A stretch of 64,000 bases of DNA. It comes from an uncultured Acidobacteriota bacterium (GTDB taxonomy: Bacteria; Acidobacteriota; UBA6911). The stretch is from assembly GCA_963843575.1 (NCBI GenBank), contig CAWJKZ010000010.1, positions 1-64,000 on the forward strand, in the 5' to 3' direction. The position numbers and the translations under genes are program-made. Below, in pieces: positions 35,420 through 47,047 of the stretch (positions are counted from its first letter, which is position 1; every line of letters starts with the position of its first letter). Under the pieces are notes generated by a model, which saw only the letters and a program-made list of their open reading frames with translations, was not told where the DNA came from and searched no databases.

Positions 35420-37651
35420 GTGACTACTCGCGCAATCACAGCCATGCTCCTGGTTTTTGCCGCTGCGGCGGCATCCGGTCGCGTGGGGCAGGCGCAACAG
35501 GACCCGCTAAAGCTCAAGACGGTGCCGCCGGCAGAGCGCGTTCGAACTGAAATCCCGTACCGCGACGGCACAGTCGTACTGGTGTCCGACTTCCAGGAGC
35601 GGACCTCCAAGACGCGCTACCGCGCGCAGGGGAGCGTCGAGATTGCGTTCCAGGACATACGCATCACCTGCGACGAGGCGGAGTACGACGAGGAGACGCA
35701 GCAGGGGGAAACCCACGGGCAGACACGCTTCAGCCAGAACGCCCAGTGGCTCACCTGTTCTCGGGCGGAATTCGATTTCGGCAAGCAGACGGGGGTCTTT
35801 TACGACGCCAGCGGCTTCACGGACCGGGAGTTCCTCGTGCGTGGCAGCACTGTCCTGAAGACGGGCAAGGACAGGTACGTCGTGCGGGATGGTGCGATTA
35901 CGGCCTGCCCGGAGCGGCGTCCGAAGTGGTCGTTCGGCACCTCCAGCGCACGCGTGCGGGTCGACCACACGGCGAGACTCAGGAACATGGTGTTCAGGAT
36001 CAAAGGCGTTCCGGTCCTGTACCTGCCTTACCTGATCGTCCCTATGGAGGAGAAGAAGCGCAGTTCGGGGTTCATCCCCTTCCACACGGGCACCTCCACG
36101 TCGAAAGGGCGGCTCTTCAGCCAGGGGTATTACCAGACGCTGGGGCGCAGCGCCGACGCCACCCTGTATGCGGACTACTTCACGCTGCGGGGACTGGCCG
36201 TCGGGGGCATCCTGCGGGCACGGCCCAATCCCCGGACCCGGCTGTTTCTGCAGGCGTATGGTATCCGCGACCGGCTGGATCAGGGTGGCGCGCTGGTGAT
36301 CGCCGACGGCGAGAGCCAGTTCGAGAACGGGTTCCGCGCCGTGGCCCGGGTGAACATCACGACGAATTTCCGCTTCCGCCAGGCCTTCGCCGACACCTTC
36401 CGGTCCGCGACGATCCCGCAGGAGAACTCGGTCCTGTTTCTGACACGCAATCACGGCAGCCTTTCCACCAACTTCCTGTTTCAGCGGCACGAGGTGCTGT
36501 TCCCGGGCCGTTCGCTCGTGATGCGCAAGTCTCCTTCCATCGAGTTCTTCTCGCTCGGGACACCCGCCGGGAAGCTGCCGCTGTTGTTCTTCCTCCGGGC
36601 ATCGGCCGACGCCGTCTCGAGAATCGACAGCCGGATGGAGACACCGAAGATGGTGCAGCGGCTCGACCTGCACCCGCGGCTGGAAGTACGGCTGCCGGCG
36701 TTTGCCGGGTTCTCGCTCGTCCCCACGGCCGGGGTGCGGGAAACCTTCTACAGCGCCAGGATCGCGGACGAGGTCTCGTCCGAAGTTATCCCGCGCAGGC
36801 TGGAGCGCCGCTATGCGGAATTCGAGCTCGACCTGCGCACCCCGACAATCGAAAGGGACTTCGGCACCGGCGAAGGACGCCTGCGGCACGTCCTGGAACC
36901 GATGGTGACCTACCGCCGTATCTCCGGCATCGACAACCTCAGGGAGATCGTGCGGTTCGACGAGGAAGACGCGTTTGCCGACACCAACGAGGTGGAGTAC
37001 GGCGTCGTAAACCGCATCTTCCGGAAACGCGACCTCAAGCAGGGCGGCAGCCAGGATTACGAGCTGCTGTCGTTTGCCCTGGCCCAGAAGTATTTCTTCG
37101 ATCCCTCCTTCGGCGGGGCGTTCCGTCAGGGGGACTCCAACCAGTTCTACCCGCTGAATACCCTCACCGGTTTCTCGCTGACGGGGATCCAGAGAAACCT
37201 CGCGCCAACGAGCATGATACTCAGGGTCAACCCACTGAGAGGCATTTCCTACGACGTGCGTTCCGACTTCGACAGCCGGCTGCAGAGTTTTCGCGACGCC
37301 AGCGTCTCGGCGCTGTGGCAGCAGGAAAAGGTGTTCGTGGCGGGCACCTACTTCCTCACCCGCGCTCTGGAGCCCGGGATGCTGGAGAGCAACCACGTCC
37401 AGGGGCAGGCGGGATACGGGTCGATGTTGCGGGGTTTTTCGGGAAGCGTAACCCTCAGCTATAATATCCAGTCCAAGCAACTGCTGAACAGTCACACCCG
37501 GATGAGCTACATGTGGGACTGTTGCGGCCTCGCCATGGAATTCCAGCAGTTCGATCTGGGGCTCCGGACCGAGAGCCGGTTCAGCTTTTCCTTCACGCTC
37601 AAAGGCATCGGGAGTTTCGGCAACCTGAAGCGACCCGAGAGCCTGTTCTGA
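35420..37651 (+). CDS. lptD: LPS assembly protein LptD
   Basis: Signal peptide, OstA-like N-domain, ITAC..PKWSF, RSSGF, C-terminal WDCCG..FSFTLKGIG. Confidence 0.88.
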   Translation: MTTRAITAMLLVFAAAAASGRVGQAQQDPLKLKTVPPAERVRTEIPYRDGTVVLVSDFQERTSKTRYRAQGSVEIAFQDIRITCDEAEYDEETQQGETHGQTRFSQNAQWLTCSRAEFDFGKQTGVFYDASGFTDREFLVRGSTVLKTGKDRYVVRDGAITACPERRPKWSFGTSSARVRVDHTARLRNMVFRIKGVPVLYLPYLIVPMEEKKRSSGFIPFHTGTSTSKGRLFSQGYYQTLGRSADATLYADYFTLRGLAVGGILRARPNPRTRLFLQAYGIRDRLDQGGALVIADGESQFENGFRAVARVNITTNFRFRQAFADTFRSATIPQENSVLFLTRNHGSLSTNFLFQRHEVLFPGRSLVMRKSPSIEFFSLGTPAGKLPLLFFLRASADAVSRIDSRMETPKMVQRLDLHPRLEVRLPAFAGFSLVPTAGVRETFYSARIADEVSSEVIPRRLERRYAEFELDLRTPTIERDFGTGEGRLRHVLEPMVTYRRISGIDNLREIVRFDEEDAFADTNEVEYGVVNRIFRKRDLKQGGSQDYELLSFALAQKYFFDPSFGGAFRQGDSNQFYPLNTLTGFSLTGIQRNLAPTSMILRVNPLRGISYDVRSDFDSRLQSFRDASVSALWQQEKVFVAGTYFLTRALEPGMLESNHVQGQAGYGSMLRGFSGSVTLSYNIQSKQLLNSHTRMSYMWDCCGLAMEFQQFDLGLRTESRFSFSFTLKGIGSFGNLKRPESLF

Positions 37652-37680
37652 AGAAGCGCCAGCGAGTGAGTGTCGCGACC

Positions 37681-38178
37681 ATGGTTACGGTCTACCTGTC
37701 GGCGGGATCAAACCTCGGGGACCGGAAAGCCTATCTCCGGCGTGGTCTCGAGTTCCTGAGCGCCTCGGACGTCGTGCCATCCCGGCGCTCGTCCACATTC
37801 GAAACGGAACCTGTCGGCTACCTCGACCAGCCGTGGTTCCTGAACCTTGTGGTCGAGGCCCGCACCGACCTCCCGCCGGAAGCAGTGCTGCGTGCCTGCC
37901 TCTCGGCCGAGCGTGCCGAAGGGCGGACGCGTGATTTCCGCAACGCGCCACGAACGCTCGACCTGGACATCCTGCTGTACGGGGATGTCGTGCTCGACAC
38001 CCCAGGCCTGACCCTCCCGCACAAAAGGCTCCCTGAGCGCCGGTTCGTTCTGGAGCCGCTGGCGCAGCTGGCGCCCGAGTTGATACACCCAGTCTTGAAA
38101 CTCAGCATCCGGTCCCTGCTGGCGTGTTGCCCCGACCGGTCCACGGTACGCCCCTATCACCCCGGAGAGCGCCGCTGA
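37681..38178 (+). CDS. folK: HPPK (2-amino-4-hydroxy-6-hydroxymethyldihydropteridine diphosphokinase)
   Basis: GSNLGDR, PRTLDLDIL, LPH..RRFVLEPL. Confidence 0.95.
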   Translation: MVTVYLSAGSNLGDRKAYLRRGLEFLSASDVVPSRRSSTFETEPVGYLDQPWFLNLVVEARTDLPPEAVLRACLSAERAEGRTRDFRNAPRTLDLDILLYGDVVLDTPGLTLPHKRLPERRFVLEPLAQLAPELIHPVLKLSIRSLLACCPDRSTVRPYHPGERR

Positions 38179-38822
38179 TGCAATCGTACATCGCCATCGA
38201 AGGCCCCATAGGGGTCGGCAAGACGTCCCTCGCCGAGTCGTTCCGCAGGGACATGAGCGCCGAAGTCGTGCTGGATGTCTTCGACAACCCTTTTCTGGCG
38301 GATTTCTACCGCGACCGACCGGCGGCGGCCTTCAAAACCCAGATGTTTTTCCTGGCAACCCGCTTCCAGCAGCAGGACGCCCTGCGCAAAGCGGCGCCCA
38401 GCGGGCCGATCCGGGTGAGCGACTACTTGTTCGCACGTGACAAGATATTCGCGTACCTGAACCTCGACGACCACGAGATCCTGGTGTACGACAGGCTGTT
38501 CGCGGCCCTCAGCCCTTACGCTCCCGTGCCGGATCTCGTGGTTTACCTGAACGCCCCGCGCGAAGTCCTGCTCGAACGCGTGCGGCGCCGGAATGTGCAG
38601 TTCGAAGCGAAGATCTCCGAAGATTACGTCGATGACCTGATCCGCGCCTACGACCACTTCTTCTTCCACTACCGGGACACACCCCTGTTGATCGTTAACA
38701 CCACCGAGATAGACTTCGTGGAAAACGCCGAAGACCTGCGCGCCCTCCAGCAACGCATCACCGCGGGCACCGTGAGGGGCGTCGAGTATTACCACCCCAT
38801 CCGCAAACGTCGCCGCGGCTGA
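38178..38822 (+). CDS. Deoxynucleoside kinase
   Basis: IAIEGPIGVGKTSL, PDLVVYL; TGATG overlap with folK. Confidence 0.92.
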   Translation: MQSYIAIEGPIGVGKTSLAESFRRDMSAEVVLDVFDNPFLADFYRDRPAAAFKTQMFFLATRFQQQDALRKAAPSGPIRVSDYLFARDKIFAYLNLDDHEILVYDRLFAALSPYAPVPDLVVYLNAPREVLLERVRRRNVQFEAKISEDYVDDLIRAYDHFFFHYRDTPLLIVNTTEIDFVENAEDLRALQQRITAGTVRGVEYYHPIRKRRRG

Positions 38823-38893
38823 TGGGGAGCGCAAGCCGGGATCCCGCCTAGTTACTTTAAAATCAGTGGCTTTTCCGCTATGATGTTTCACTC

Positions 38894-39748
38894 ATGGAGA
38901 TAGTCAATCGCGTCTCGCGGATGTCTTCGATAGCCACGAAGGTCATCGCTGGAGATGTCAAGATCGGGCTCGTCTCCACTATGGGGGCCATCCACCCCGG
39001 CCACCTCAGCCTGATCCAGACCGCGCGCAAGATGACCGACCTGGTGGTGGTCTCCATCTTCGTCAACCGCCTCCAGTTTCTCGGCAGCGAGGAATACCAG
39101 AACTACCCCCGGGACATAACCAAGGACGTGGACCTGCTGCGGCAGGAAGAGGTGGACTACATCTTCACACCGCCCGAAGAGGAAATGTACCCGGAGGATT
39201 TCTCGTCTTACGTCGAGGTCGAGAACTTCGGCACGAAGCTGCCGATCCTGCACCGCAGCACCTATTTTCGCGGCATGACGACCAGCGTGCTCAAGATGAT
39301 CAACATTGTGAAGCCGGCGTTTATCTTCTTCGGGCAGAAGGATGGACTGCAAGGCGCAATCCTGAGGAAGATGATCCGGGATTTAAACATCAACACCGAG
39401 GTGGTGGTCACGCCGGTGGTCCGCGACGCCTCAGGTCTGGCGTATGCCGCGCGCAACTATTTCCTGATGCCGAATCAGAGGATGTCGGCGGCGATAATTC
39501 ACCGGGCGTTGCAGGCCGCCGACGCGGTCATCAGCGCGGGCGAGACCCAGGTCAAGAAGATCGTGCGGGAGATTGCGGCTGTCATCGAGTCCGAACCCGA
39601 AGCAACGCTGGAATATGCCGTCGTTGCCGACCCGGAAACGCTGGAACCCCTCAACAAGCTCGAGGGGGGAGCCCTGATCGCGGTGGGGGCGAAGATCGGC
39701 AACACCTCGCTGAACGACTCCCTCCTGCTCGAAAAACCTGCCAAGTAG
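38894..39748 (+). CDS. panC: Pantoate-beta-alanine ligase-like protein with divergent active-site motifs
   Basis: TMGAIHPGH, SIFVN, YPRD and FGQKD present; several other motifs altered. Confidence 0.8.
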   Translation: MEIVNRVSRMSSIATKVIAGDVKIGLVSTMGAIHPGHLSLIQTARKMTDLVVVSIFVNRLQFLGSEEYQNYPRDITKDVDLLRQEEVDYIFTPPEEEMYPEDFSSYVEVENFGTKLPILHRSTYFRGMTTSVLKMINIVKPAFIFFGQKDGLQGAILRKMIRDLNINTEVVVTPVVRDASGLAYAARNYFLMPNQRMSAAIIHRALQAADAVISAGETQVKKIVREIAAVIESEPEATLEYAVVADPETLEPLNKLEGGALIAVGAKIGNTSLNDSLLLEKPAK

Positions 39749-39874
39749 CTGATTTGCGGATGGTTACCCCGTTGCATGCGAGCGGAACTGTGATATCTTG
39801 ATGAGAAGAAAATTTCAGTCCTTGAGCTTCCGCACTAAAGTGGGGCAGCTCGGGGGCGATAAGTACAGAGGAGG

Positions 39875-41372
39875 ATGAAGCTTGTTGTCCCGCCGCCTGC
39901 GAACGTCGCTTGCACTTGTTATTACCTTTTCGGCTTTCCTGCTCCCCGATCTTCACCGTTCAGCTACACGCGGGTTCGCTCGAGACAATCCAAACAAAGG
40001 TTGCCCAGTTTTCAAGGCGGCCCGGCGTCCGCTCGGCCGACTGGGGCATTGAAATCATCGATCCTGCGAGCAAGGACGTTCTGTTGTCCGTAAATGCGGA
40101 CAAGACCTTCCTGCCGGCTTCGGTTCTGAAGGTGGTGACGACGGCGGCGGCGCTCGAAAAGCTCGGACCCGACTTCCGTTTTCGGACCGGGGTCTACACC
40201 AACGGGAGCGTATCACCCGACGGGACCGTTAATGGCGACATCATCCTCGTCGGGAAGAGGGGATCCGAATCTCGTGGACCCCTACGGCGACCTGCTCGAG
40301 AAGCCGGCCATGCAGGAACTGGCGGAGAAACTGCAGGGCCTGGGCATCCGCAAAGTGACCGGCAACGTCATCGGGGACGACAGTTACTTCGAGTTCACCA
40401 CCCACGGCAAGGGATGGACGGCCCAGGACCTGAAAACGGTGTACGGGGCTCCTATCAACGCGCTGAGCATCAACAACAACGTGTTTTGGGTGCACGCGCG
40501 TCCCACGCGGTCCCGCCAGCTCGTCGCGGTCTCGGTGGAGCCGCGGACGTCGTATCTTCGGATTCGCAACCTTGCGACGACCGGCGGCCGGCGCAGCCGG
40601 CGCACGTTGTTTGCCCGGGTGATCCCGGGGACCCGAACGCTGGTGGTTACCGGTGTGCTCCCGGCGTCTTCGGGGTACAGCCAGTACCTCCTGCTCGAAA
40701 AACCAGCCGAAGCGACCGCCTGTCCTGCTTAAGGAAGACCTTGAGCGCCAAGGGATACGCGTCGAGGGCTCGATCGACACCCTTCACCACGGGGAAATCG
40801 CCCCCTCGGCACGACTCGGCTGGAAGCTGCTGGCGGAGCACCAGTCGCCGCCGCTCGTGCGGGCGCTCGAGATCATCAACAAGCGCAGCCAGAACCTGCA
40901 CGCCGAGATGCTGCTGCGCACCCTCGGGGCCGAGTTCGGGCACGCCGGCACCGACGGGGCGGGCCTCCAGGTGGTCAGGGCTTTTCTGGTCGAGTCCGGC
41001 ATACACAGCGGGCAGCTGAGCCTGAACGACGGCTGCGGTCTGTCGCGCGACAACCTTGTGACGCCGCGCTTCCAGACGTCCCTCCTGCTGTACCTGTCGA
41101 CGCGTCCCTACTTCGACCTGTTCCTGAACACGCTGGCCGTGAGCGGAACCGACGGCACGCTGCGCCACCGTCTCGGTTCGCCGCAGATGCGTGGGGTAAT
41201 CCATGCCAAGACCGGGACTTTGAACGGCGTGTCGAACCTGTCCGGCTACATGACGACCAAGTCGGGCCGCAGCCTTGTGTTCAGCATTTTTGCGAACAAC
41301 GTCCGCGCCTCGATGGCCCGCGTGCGCAAGACCATCGACGAAATCTGTTCGCTCTTCGTCAACCTCTACTGA
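39875..41372 (+). CDS. dacB: D-Ala-D-Ala carboxypeptidase/endopeptidase (PBP4, S13); frameshifts near 39910, 40255 and 40720
   Basis: PASVLK (SxxK), SQN (SxN), AKTGT. Confidence 0.88.
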
Positions 41373-41373
41373 G

Positions 41374-41619
41374 ATGAGTATCCGGGTTCTTTTTTTTGCC
41401 ACCCTCGCGGATGCTGCCGGCCGGGCCGAGTTGGACCTCGACGGCTCCGGGTGCGCCAACGTCGGCGCATTGTTCGCGCGGCTGGCCAGGGAGTTTCCCC
41501 GCCTTGAAACCCATCGTCACACGGCACTGTGCGCGCTCAACTCGGAGTTTGCGCGACCCGAATCTCCCGTGAGCGACGGCGACGAGGTGGCCTTCTTCCC
41601 CCCGGTGAGCGGAGGGTAG
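41374..41619 (+). CDS. moaD: Molybdopterin synthase sulfur carrier
   Basis: VLFFA..GDEVAFFPPVSGG. Confidence 0.93.
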   Translation: MSIRVLFFATLADAAGRAELDLDGSGCANVGALFARLAREFPRLETHRHTALCALNSEFARPESPVSDGDEVAFFPPVSGG

Positions 41620-42030
41620 ATGTTTCGCCTGGTGCGGGAACCTGTGGACGTCGCGGCGCTCCGCGATAGCCTGCTCCGCCCGGAAGACGGTGCCGTGACC
41701 GTGTTCGAGGGGGTAGTCCGGAACCACGCGCGCGGGAAACAGGTGCTGTATCTCGAGTACCACGCTTACGAATCGATGGCGCTGCGGCAGATGGAGCAGA
41801 TCGCCTGCGAGGCTAGAAAGCGCTTCGATATCCGCGACATCGGAGTGGTGCACCGCTTGGGCAGGCTGGAGCACGGCGAGTGCAGCGTGGCGATCGTCGT
41901 GGTCTCGGCACATCGCGGGCCGGCGTTCGAAGCGTGCCGATTCGCCATCGACACCCTCAAAAAAACGGTTCCGATCTGGAAAAAGGAGTTCTACGAGGAC
42001 GGCGAGGTCTGGATCGAGGGCTCTGCTTAA
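41620..42030 (+). CDS. moaE: Molybdopterin synthase catalytic subunit
   Basis: FEGVVRN, HRLG, HR, PIWKKE. Confidence 0.95.
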   Translation: MFRLVREPVDVAALRDSLLRPEDGAVTVFEGVVRNHARGKQVLYLEYHAYESMALRQMEQIACEARKRFDIRDIGVVHRLGRLEHGECSVAIVVVSAHRGPAFEACRFAIDTLKKTVPIWKKEFYEDGEVWIEGSA

Positions 42031-42158
42031 GAGGCCGCGAAAAGCAACAGCAACAACTCGCCACGGAATCCCAATCCTTCCTTCCGTGTCCTCCGGTCTT
42101 CTTCCGTGTCTTCCGTGTCGAGTTTTTTTGCCTGTGCCCCCCTCAAAAACCACTCCCC

Positions 42159-42758
42159 CTACAACTCGTGCCGGTGTTCGAGCGCCTTGGACATGGTCAC
42201 CTCGTCGGCAAACTCGAGGTCGCTTCCCACCGGGACTCCCAGGGCGATCCGGCTCACCTTCACCCCGATCGGTTTAAGCAGGCGGGCAAGATAAATCGCG
42301 GTCGCCTCCCCTTCGACGTTCGGGTTCGTGGCCAGGATGATCTCCCGCACGTTTCCTTCCCGCAGTCTCTCCAGCAGGTTCTTCAGCCTGAGTTCCTCGG
42401 GGCCAATGCCGTTGATCGGGGAAAGGGCGCCGTGCAGCACGTGATACTGCCCGCGGTATTCCCGGGTCCTTTCGATCGAGAGGATGTCGTGCGGCTCTTC
42501 GACAACGCAAATCGTCTCCGGGGAGCGTGATGGACTGCTGCAATAGCCGCAGGGATCTCGATCGGCGAAGTTGTTGCAGCGTGAGCAGTACCGGATCTTG
42601 TCCTTGACCTCGATGATGGCGCGGCTCAGGCTTTCGGCATCCTCCCTGGGCCGGCGCAGGATCGAGTAGGCGAGACGCTGGGCAGTCTTCGAGCCGATCC
42701 CGGGGAGCTTGCGAAACTGCTCGATGAGCCTTTCGATCGGCTCGGCGTAGTCGCTCAT
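42159..42758 (-). CDS. recR: Recombination mediator RecR
   Basis: [12 protein letters not shown], Cys4 zinc finger, YHVLHG, EGEATA. Confidence 0.97.
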   Translation of the reverse strand: MSDYAEPIERLIEQFRKLPGIGSKTAQRLAYSILRRPREDAESLSRAIIEVKDKIRYCSRCNNFADRDPCGYCSSPSRSPETICVVEEPHDILSIERTREYRGQYHVLHGALSPINGIGPEELRLKNLLERLREGNVREIILATNPNVEGEATAIYLARLLKPIGVKVSRIALGVPVGSDLEFADEVTMSKALEHRHEL

Positions 42759-44473
42759 TGATCGATTTTTTCAGCCTTGACGGGTCCGGGGAACACTTCG
42801 AGAAACGACTGGACGACGGGTTCCCGCCTGGCCCGCTCCAGCGGATCGTCGGAGACCCTGGCGGAAGTTTCGGCGGGCGTTGAAGGTAGTGGCGCCTGCC
42901 CGGGGTCGGCGGGCTCCGCCTGGAATACGATGCGGACCGGGCGGCCGGCGACCGCCGACGCGGCTTGCGACAGCAGGAGTTCGTTGTCCCGAATCTGCCT
43001 CCGCAGGAATTCGTTCAGCCCCTGGAGGTCGAGGGTGACCTCGGCGTCGCGCAGTTCCGCGCCGGGGAGCAACTGCAGGGTGGTCTCCAGGGCGGGCCGC
43101 TGGACTGCGGCTGCGATCTTCAGGAGAAGGTCGCGCCCGGACCCCGGCCCAGCCGGCCGCTCGTTATTGAGTGGAGCAGGCTCCCTGACCGGCTCCGGCG
43201 TCTCGCGGAGCGGGGCGGCGGCGGGGGTGTGCGGGTGCACAGCTGCGGGAGGAGCGCCCTGTGTGCGTTCCGGCTCCCGCCGGGGCGCGGGTGGGGGCTG
43301 CGGGCCGGGGTTGCCGGCACCCTGCGGCGGCTCGCCCCTCACGAGGCGGCTGAAGTCGGCGATGAGGTCCTCTAGGGACTTCAGCTTCGGGAGCTGCGCG
43401 ACCTCCATCAAACCCATTTCGAGCTGGAACCTCGCCTGGGTCGCGTACTTGAGCTCCGTCTCGACCTTGAGCAGCGCGTCGAAGGTTCGGAGGAGTTCTT
43501 CGCGGGAGAAGAGCTCCGACTGCGCCCTGGCGTCCGCGATTTGTCCCTCCGGCATCCCGATTATGGAAGGCTCGGTGACGCCGCTCCGCAAGACCATCAG
43601 GTTGCGAAAATGCGACAGCAGGCGGCGGCAGAAGTTCTGCAAGTCCTGGCCGTTCTCCACGAGCGATGCGATCAGGTCGAGGATCGCCCCGGCGTCGCTG
43701 GCCGCGACTGCGCGCGCGGCCTTGCCCAGCACGGCCGGCTCTACGAGACCCAGCAGCATGGTGGCGTCCTCGTCGCGCACCGTGTCGCCGCTGAAGGCGA
43801 TCACCTGGTCGAGGGCCGACATGGCGTCGCGCATGCTGCCGCCCGAGGCGTAGGCCACCTGTTCGAGCGCGGCGCTGCTGATCCTGATGTTCTCGGCCGC
43901 GGCGATGGTTCGCAGCCGCTCGAGTATCAGGGGGATCGGGATGAGCTTGAAACTGTACTGCTGGCAGCGCGAGATGATCGTCGCGGGAATCTTGTGGTAT
44001 TCGGTGGTAGCCAGGATGAAAACGACGCGCGGCGGCGGCTCTTCGAGCGTCTTCAGCAGTGCATTGAACGCCGCGTTGCTGAGCATGTGCACTTCGTCGA
44101 TGATGAAAATCTTGTTGCGGTCGCGAGCGGGGTTGTACTGCACCTGTTCGATGAGGTTCCGGACGTTCTCGACGCCGGTGTTGGACGCCGCGTCGATCTC
44201 GAGCACGTCGAGACAGTTGCCGGCCGCGATCTCGGTGCAGGCGACGCACTCCCCACACGGTTCGGCCGGCTTGCCGGCGTGACAGTTCAATGCCTTGGCG
44301 AGAACCCGGGCGCTCGTCGTCTTGCCGCTCCCGCGCGGGCCCGAGAAGAGAAACGCGTGCGCGAGACGCCCTCCCTCCAGGGCGTTCATCAACGTGCGCG
44401 AGACGTGGTCCTGACCCACCAACTCATGGAAATTCTGCGGCCGGTATTTGCGGGCAAGTACTTGATATTGCAT
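42755..44473 (-). CDS. dnaX: DNA polymerase III gamma/tau
   Basis: [30 protein letters not shown]. Confidence 0.97.
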   Translation of the reverse strand: MQYQVLARKYRPQNFHELVGQDHVSRTLMNALEGGRLAHAFLFSGPRGSGKTTSARVLAKALNCHAGKPAEPCGECVACTEIAAGNCLDVLEIDAASNTGVENVRNLIEQVQYNPARDRNKIFIIDEVHMLSNAAFNALLKTLEEPPPRVVFILATTEYHKIPATIISRCQQYSFKLIPIPLILERLRTIAAAENIRISSAALEQVAYASGGSMRDAMSALDQVIAFSGDTVRDEDATMLLGLVEPAVLGKAARAVAASDAGAILDLIASLVENGQDLQNFCRRLLSHFRNLMVLRSGVTEPSIIGMPEGQIADARAQSELFSREELLRTFDALLKVETELKYATQARFQLEMGLMEVAQLPKLKSLEDLIADFSRLVRGEPPQGAGNPGPQPPPAPRREPERTQGAPPAAVHPHTPAAAPLRETPEPVREPAPLNNERPAGPGSGRDLLLKIAAAVQRPALETTLQLLPGAELRDAEVTLDLQGLNEFLRRQIRDNELLLSQAASAVAGRPVRIVFQAEPADPGQAPLPSTPAETSARVSDDPLERARREPVVQSFLEVFPGPVKAEKIDQ

Positions 44474-44485
44474 ATAAAAATAGAT

Positions 44486-44588
44486 CGGGCCTCGGGAAAC
44501 CTGCGGCACATATAACATGCCTCTTAATGCTGCTTCCTTCCGGACCTGACATGGTTCGAGGGTTATATTGCACAGGGCCCGAGGCCCG
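44486..44588 (-). ncRNA. ffs: Signal recognition particle RNA (4.5S)
   Basis: TCAGGTCCGGAAGGAAGCAGC core, terminal stem CGGGCCTCGGG/CCCGAGGCCCG, upstream of dnaX. Confidence 0.95.
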
Positions 44589-44627
44589 CAATCATCTTAC
44601 GGCATCCCCTCCGGCGACACAAGGGCT

Positions 44628-44663
44628 ATGGAATGCGGCGGCGGCGCCGAGGCGCCGCGCTCC
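44628..44663. repeat. Degenerate REP copy
   Basis: atggaatgcggcggcggcgccgaggcgccgcgctcc. Confidence 0.6.
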
Positions 44664-44664
44664 G

Positions 44665-46857
44665 TCAGAGGTCGATGGCCACGACTTCGTGAACGAGCAC
44701 CGAAGGAACCGTCAACTCCAGATAGCCGCCTGTCTCCCTGGCAGCAGGGGTTCCCCCGGCGACGAGCAACTGCACCCTGGTCGGCTTGCGCCCCTCCGGC
44801 AGCCGCACCCGCACGCGCTGCTCTCCGACCGGAATGAACTCGCGGAACGGCCCCTTCATCATCATGGGGTTTGTCAGGTTCACCAGGTGAACGGTCATCG
44901 AGTTTTTTTGACGCCATGCGGTTACATCGAGGACCCCGGGGCCGGAAACGGTCACGGGCGGTTGCTCGCGGGCCGCCCACCGGACTGCGTTGCACAGGAT
45001 CTTGCCGTGATCGACGCACATCACCTCCCAGAACGTCCTGTCGACGTCCCACGGGAAGTACACCACTCGACCGTTCCCGCTGTCATTGAGGAAAACCCCA
45101 GGTATGTCAGTCTGTTCCGTGCGCGGGTAGACTTCCTCCATGGGGAGATCGGGGTATGAAGGGATCAGGGTCAATGGCGGGTTGGGTGGCGTCTGCAAGG
45201 GCTCGACATCCACCCGATAGACGCCGTTTATGATGCGCTCGGCATCCTCGAGGCCCGCGAGCACGGGGTGGTGCTGTCCGCCCACCGGATCTCTCTCCAA
45301 ACGAAGATAGGAATTCTGCATCGGGCCTTCCACCCGGCCGCCGAAGCGCACCCCGAAGAGACTGGCCAGCCCGAAATCGCCCCGGCGGTTCCCCCACTCG
45401 TCGTAGAGCGACGTCTCGTAGGTCGCCACTATGTTTCCACCCGCGTCGACATAGGCACGCAGCTGGTCGCATTGCGCGTCGGAGAGGGCGGCGATGTTGG
45501 GGAGGACGAGAGCCTTGAACCTGCCGACGTGCTCTGGATCCAGTAGCCGGTCGTGAACCATCTCAAACGGGATCCGCCCTTCCACCAGGGCGTGGTAGTA
45601 ACCGAGCGTGTGGTCTTCGACCTTCGCTCCGGCGCGGGTGCCGCCGTAAAACGTTGCGGTCTGTTGCGAATACACGAGCGCGACCGTCGCCATCGGTTCT
45701 TCGTTGCGCAGGTAGCGCTCGGAGCGGTAATGCCAGCCATAGATGTCTTCGACGACTTTCAGCCACCGCCGGTCGTGCAGGGTGCCGGAGAACTTGGTGA
45801 ACCAGGGGCGCAAGCCGTTTGCGATGCCGTCGGCAACCCAGATCCGGATCTCCGCTTCGCTTTGGACCGAGTCCTTCCAGCGGTACGGCTCTTCCACCCC
45901 AATGCTGAAAATGCCCACCACGGGTTTCCGCCCCAGGGCGGCGCGGTATTCCTTGCCGTTTTTGCCGTTCGCCCAGGGGGGCGCCACGCCCGCGCCGCGC
46001 CTGCCTGTCGGCGAAAAGGGTCGGGGCCAGTGCGCCGATGGTCTTCATGTCGAGCGGGCTGAGGGCGCCGCCGCCGGCGTTGGCGATGAAGCATGCGCCC
46101 GGTTTGATTTTGCGGATCTCGGCGTCCCAGAGCCGCCACAGTTCGAACAGCCGCTGCTCACTCCACAGGATGTACGCCCGCCGGGCGGGATCCCGGGGAT
46201 CGGATGTGCGGGGCAGCTCGAGGCCCGCAGCGGCGCGGAAGTTGGCTCGGCAGTGTTCGCAGTAGCACATGCCCGAACCGCTCCAGCGATTGCTGAAGAT
46301 GCCATCGACGCCGTAGCGTGCCACGATCTCGCGGGTGACGCGGGTCATGAAATCGAAGTTGTAGGGCCCGAGCGCGCAGGTCACCCACAGGCCGGGGGTT
46401 GCCCAGTGCCGCCGCCGGTTCCCGTCGGCGTCCACGGCGATCCAGTCCGGGTGGGCATCGCACACGTCCTGGTGCGCGGCATGGGGATCGGTCCGCGCCA
46501 CCACGACCATACCCATCCTGCGGCATCCCGAGACCAGGTCGCCGAACGGGTCGCTCCCCTTCATCCAGAGGCTGCGGTGGTGCAGCGGCACCTCGGTCGG
46601 GTAATAGGCAACGCAGCCGCCCGCGCTGAGGCAGGCAGCGTCCGCATGCACTCGCTTGAAGTAATCGAGCCACCACTGGAGATCGTAACGCCCCGGGTCG
46701 TTTTCGACCAGGGTGAGCTGCGCCCAACGCATGGGCCGGTCAAACCATGGATCGGTCTGCACGGCGGCGGCACCCGATCGACCGGCCTCGCACCAACGAA
46801 TGCGGCTGCGGTCGAAGAACGCAGAAAATCCCTGCGGGAAAAAGGGCTTGGGGACAT
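44665..46857 (-). CDS. Tat-exported putative glycoside hydrolase with beta-galactosidase trimerization-like domain; frameshifts near 46770 and 45990
   Basis: SRRDFL Tat motif, YGVDGIFSNRW, CYCEHC, LVLPNIAALSD. Confidence 0.8.
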
Positions 46858-47047
46858 GGCGACTCCTGGCCGGGTAGCATCCCGGGCGATCGCATACTAC
46901 ACTGCCGGCTGCGAACTCCTGAACGCCTGTCGACCGACGGCCCGGACTTTTGTCGAAACCTAACGATTTTTACCGTAAGAAACCGAAGGGGTCAGGCGTA
47001 GTATATTTTGGCGTCGTTTGACCGCTACTAATAATGCTGTATTCAAA

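Noticed and set aside
42755-44473. Programmed frameshift site in dnaX
   Set aside because: No A-rich slippery heptamer was spotted in the expected region.
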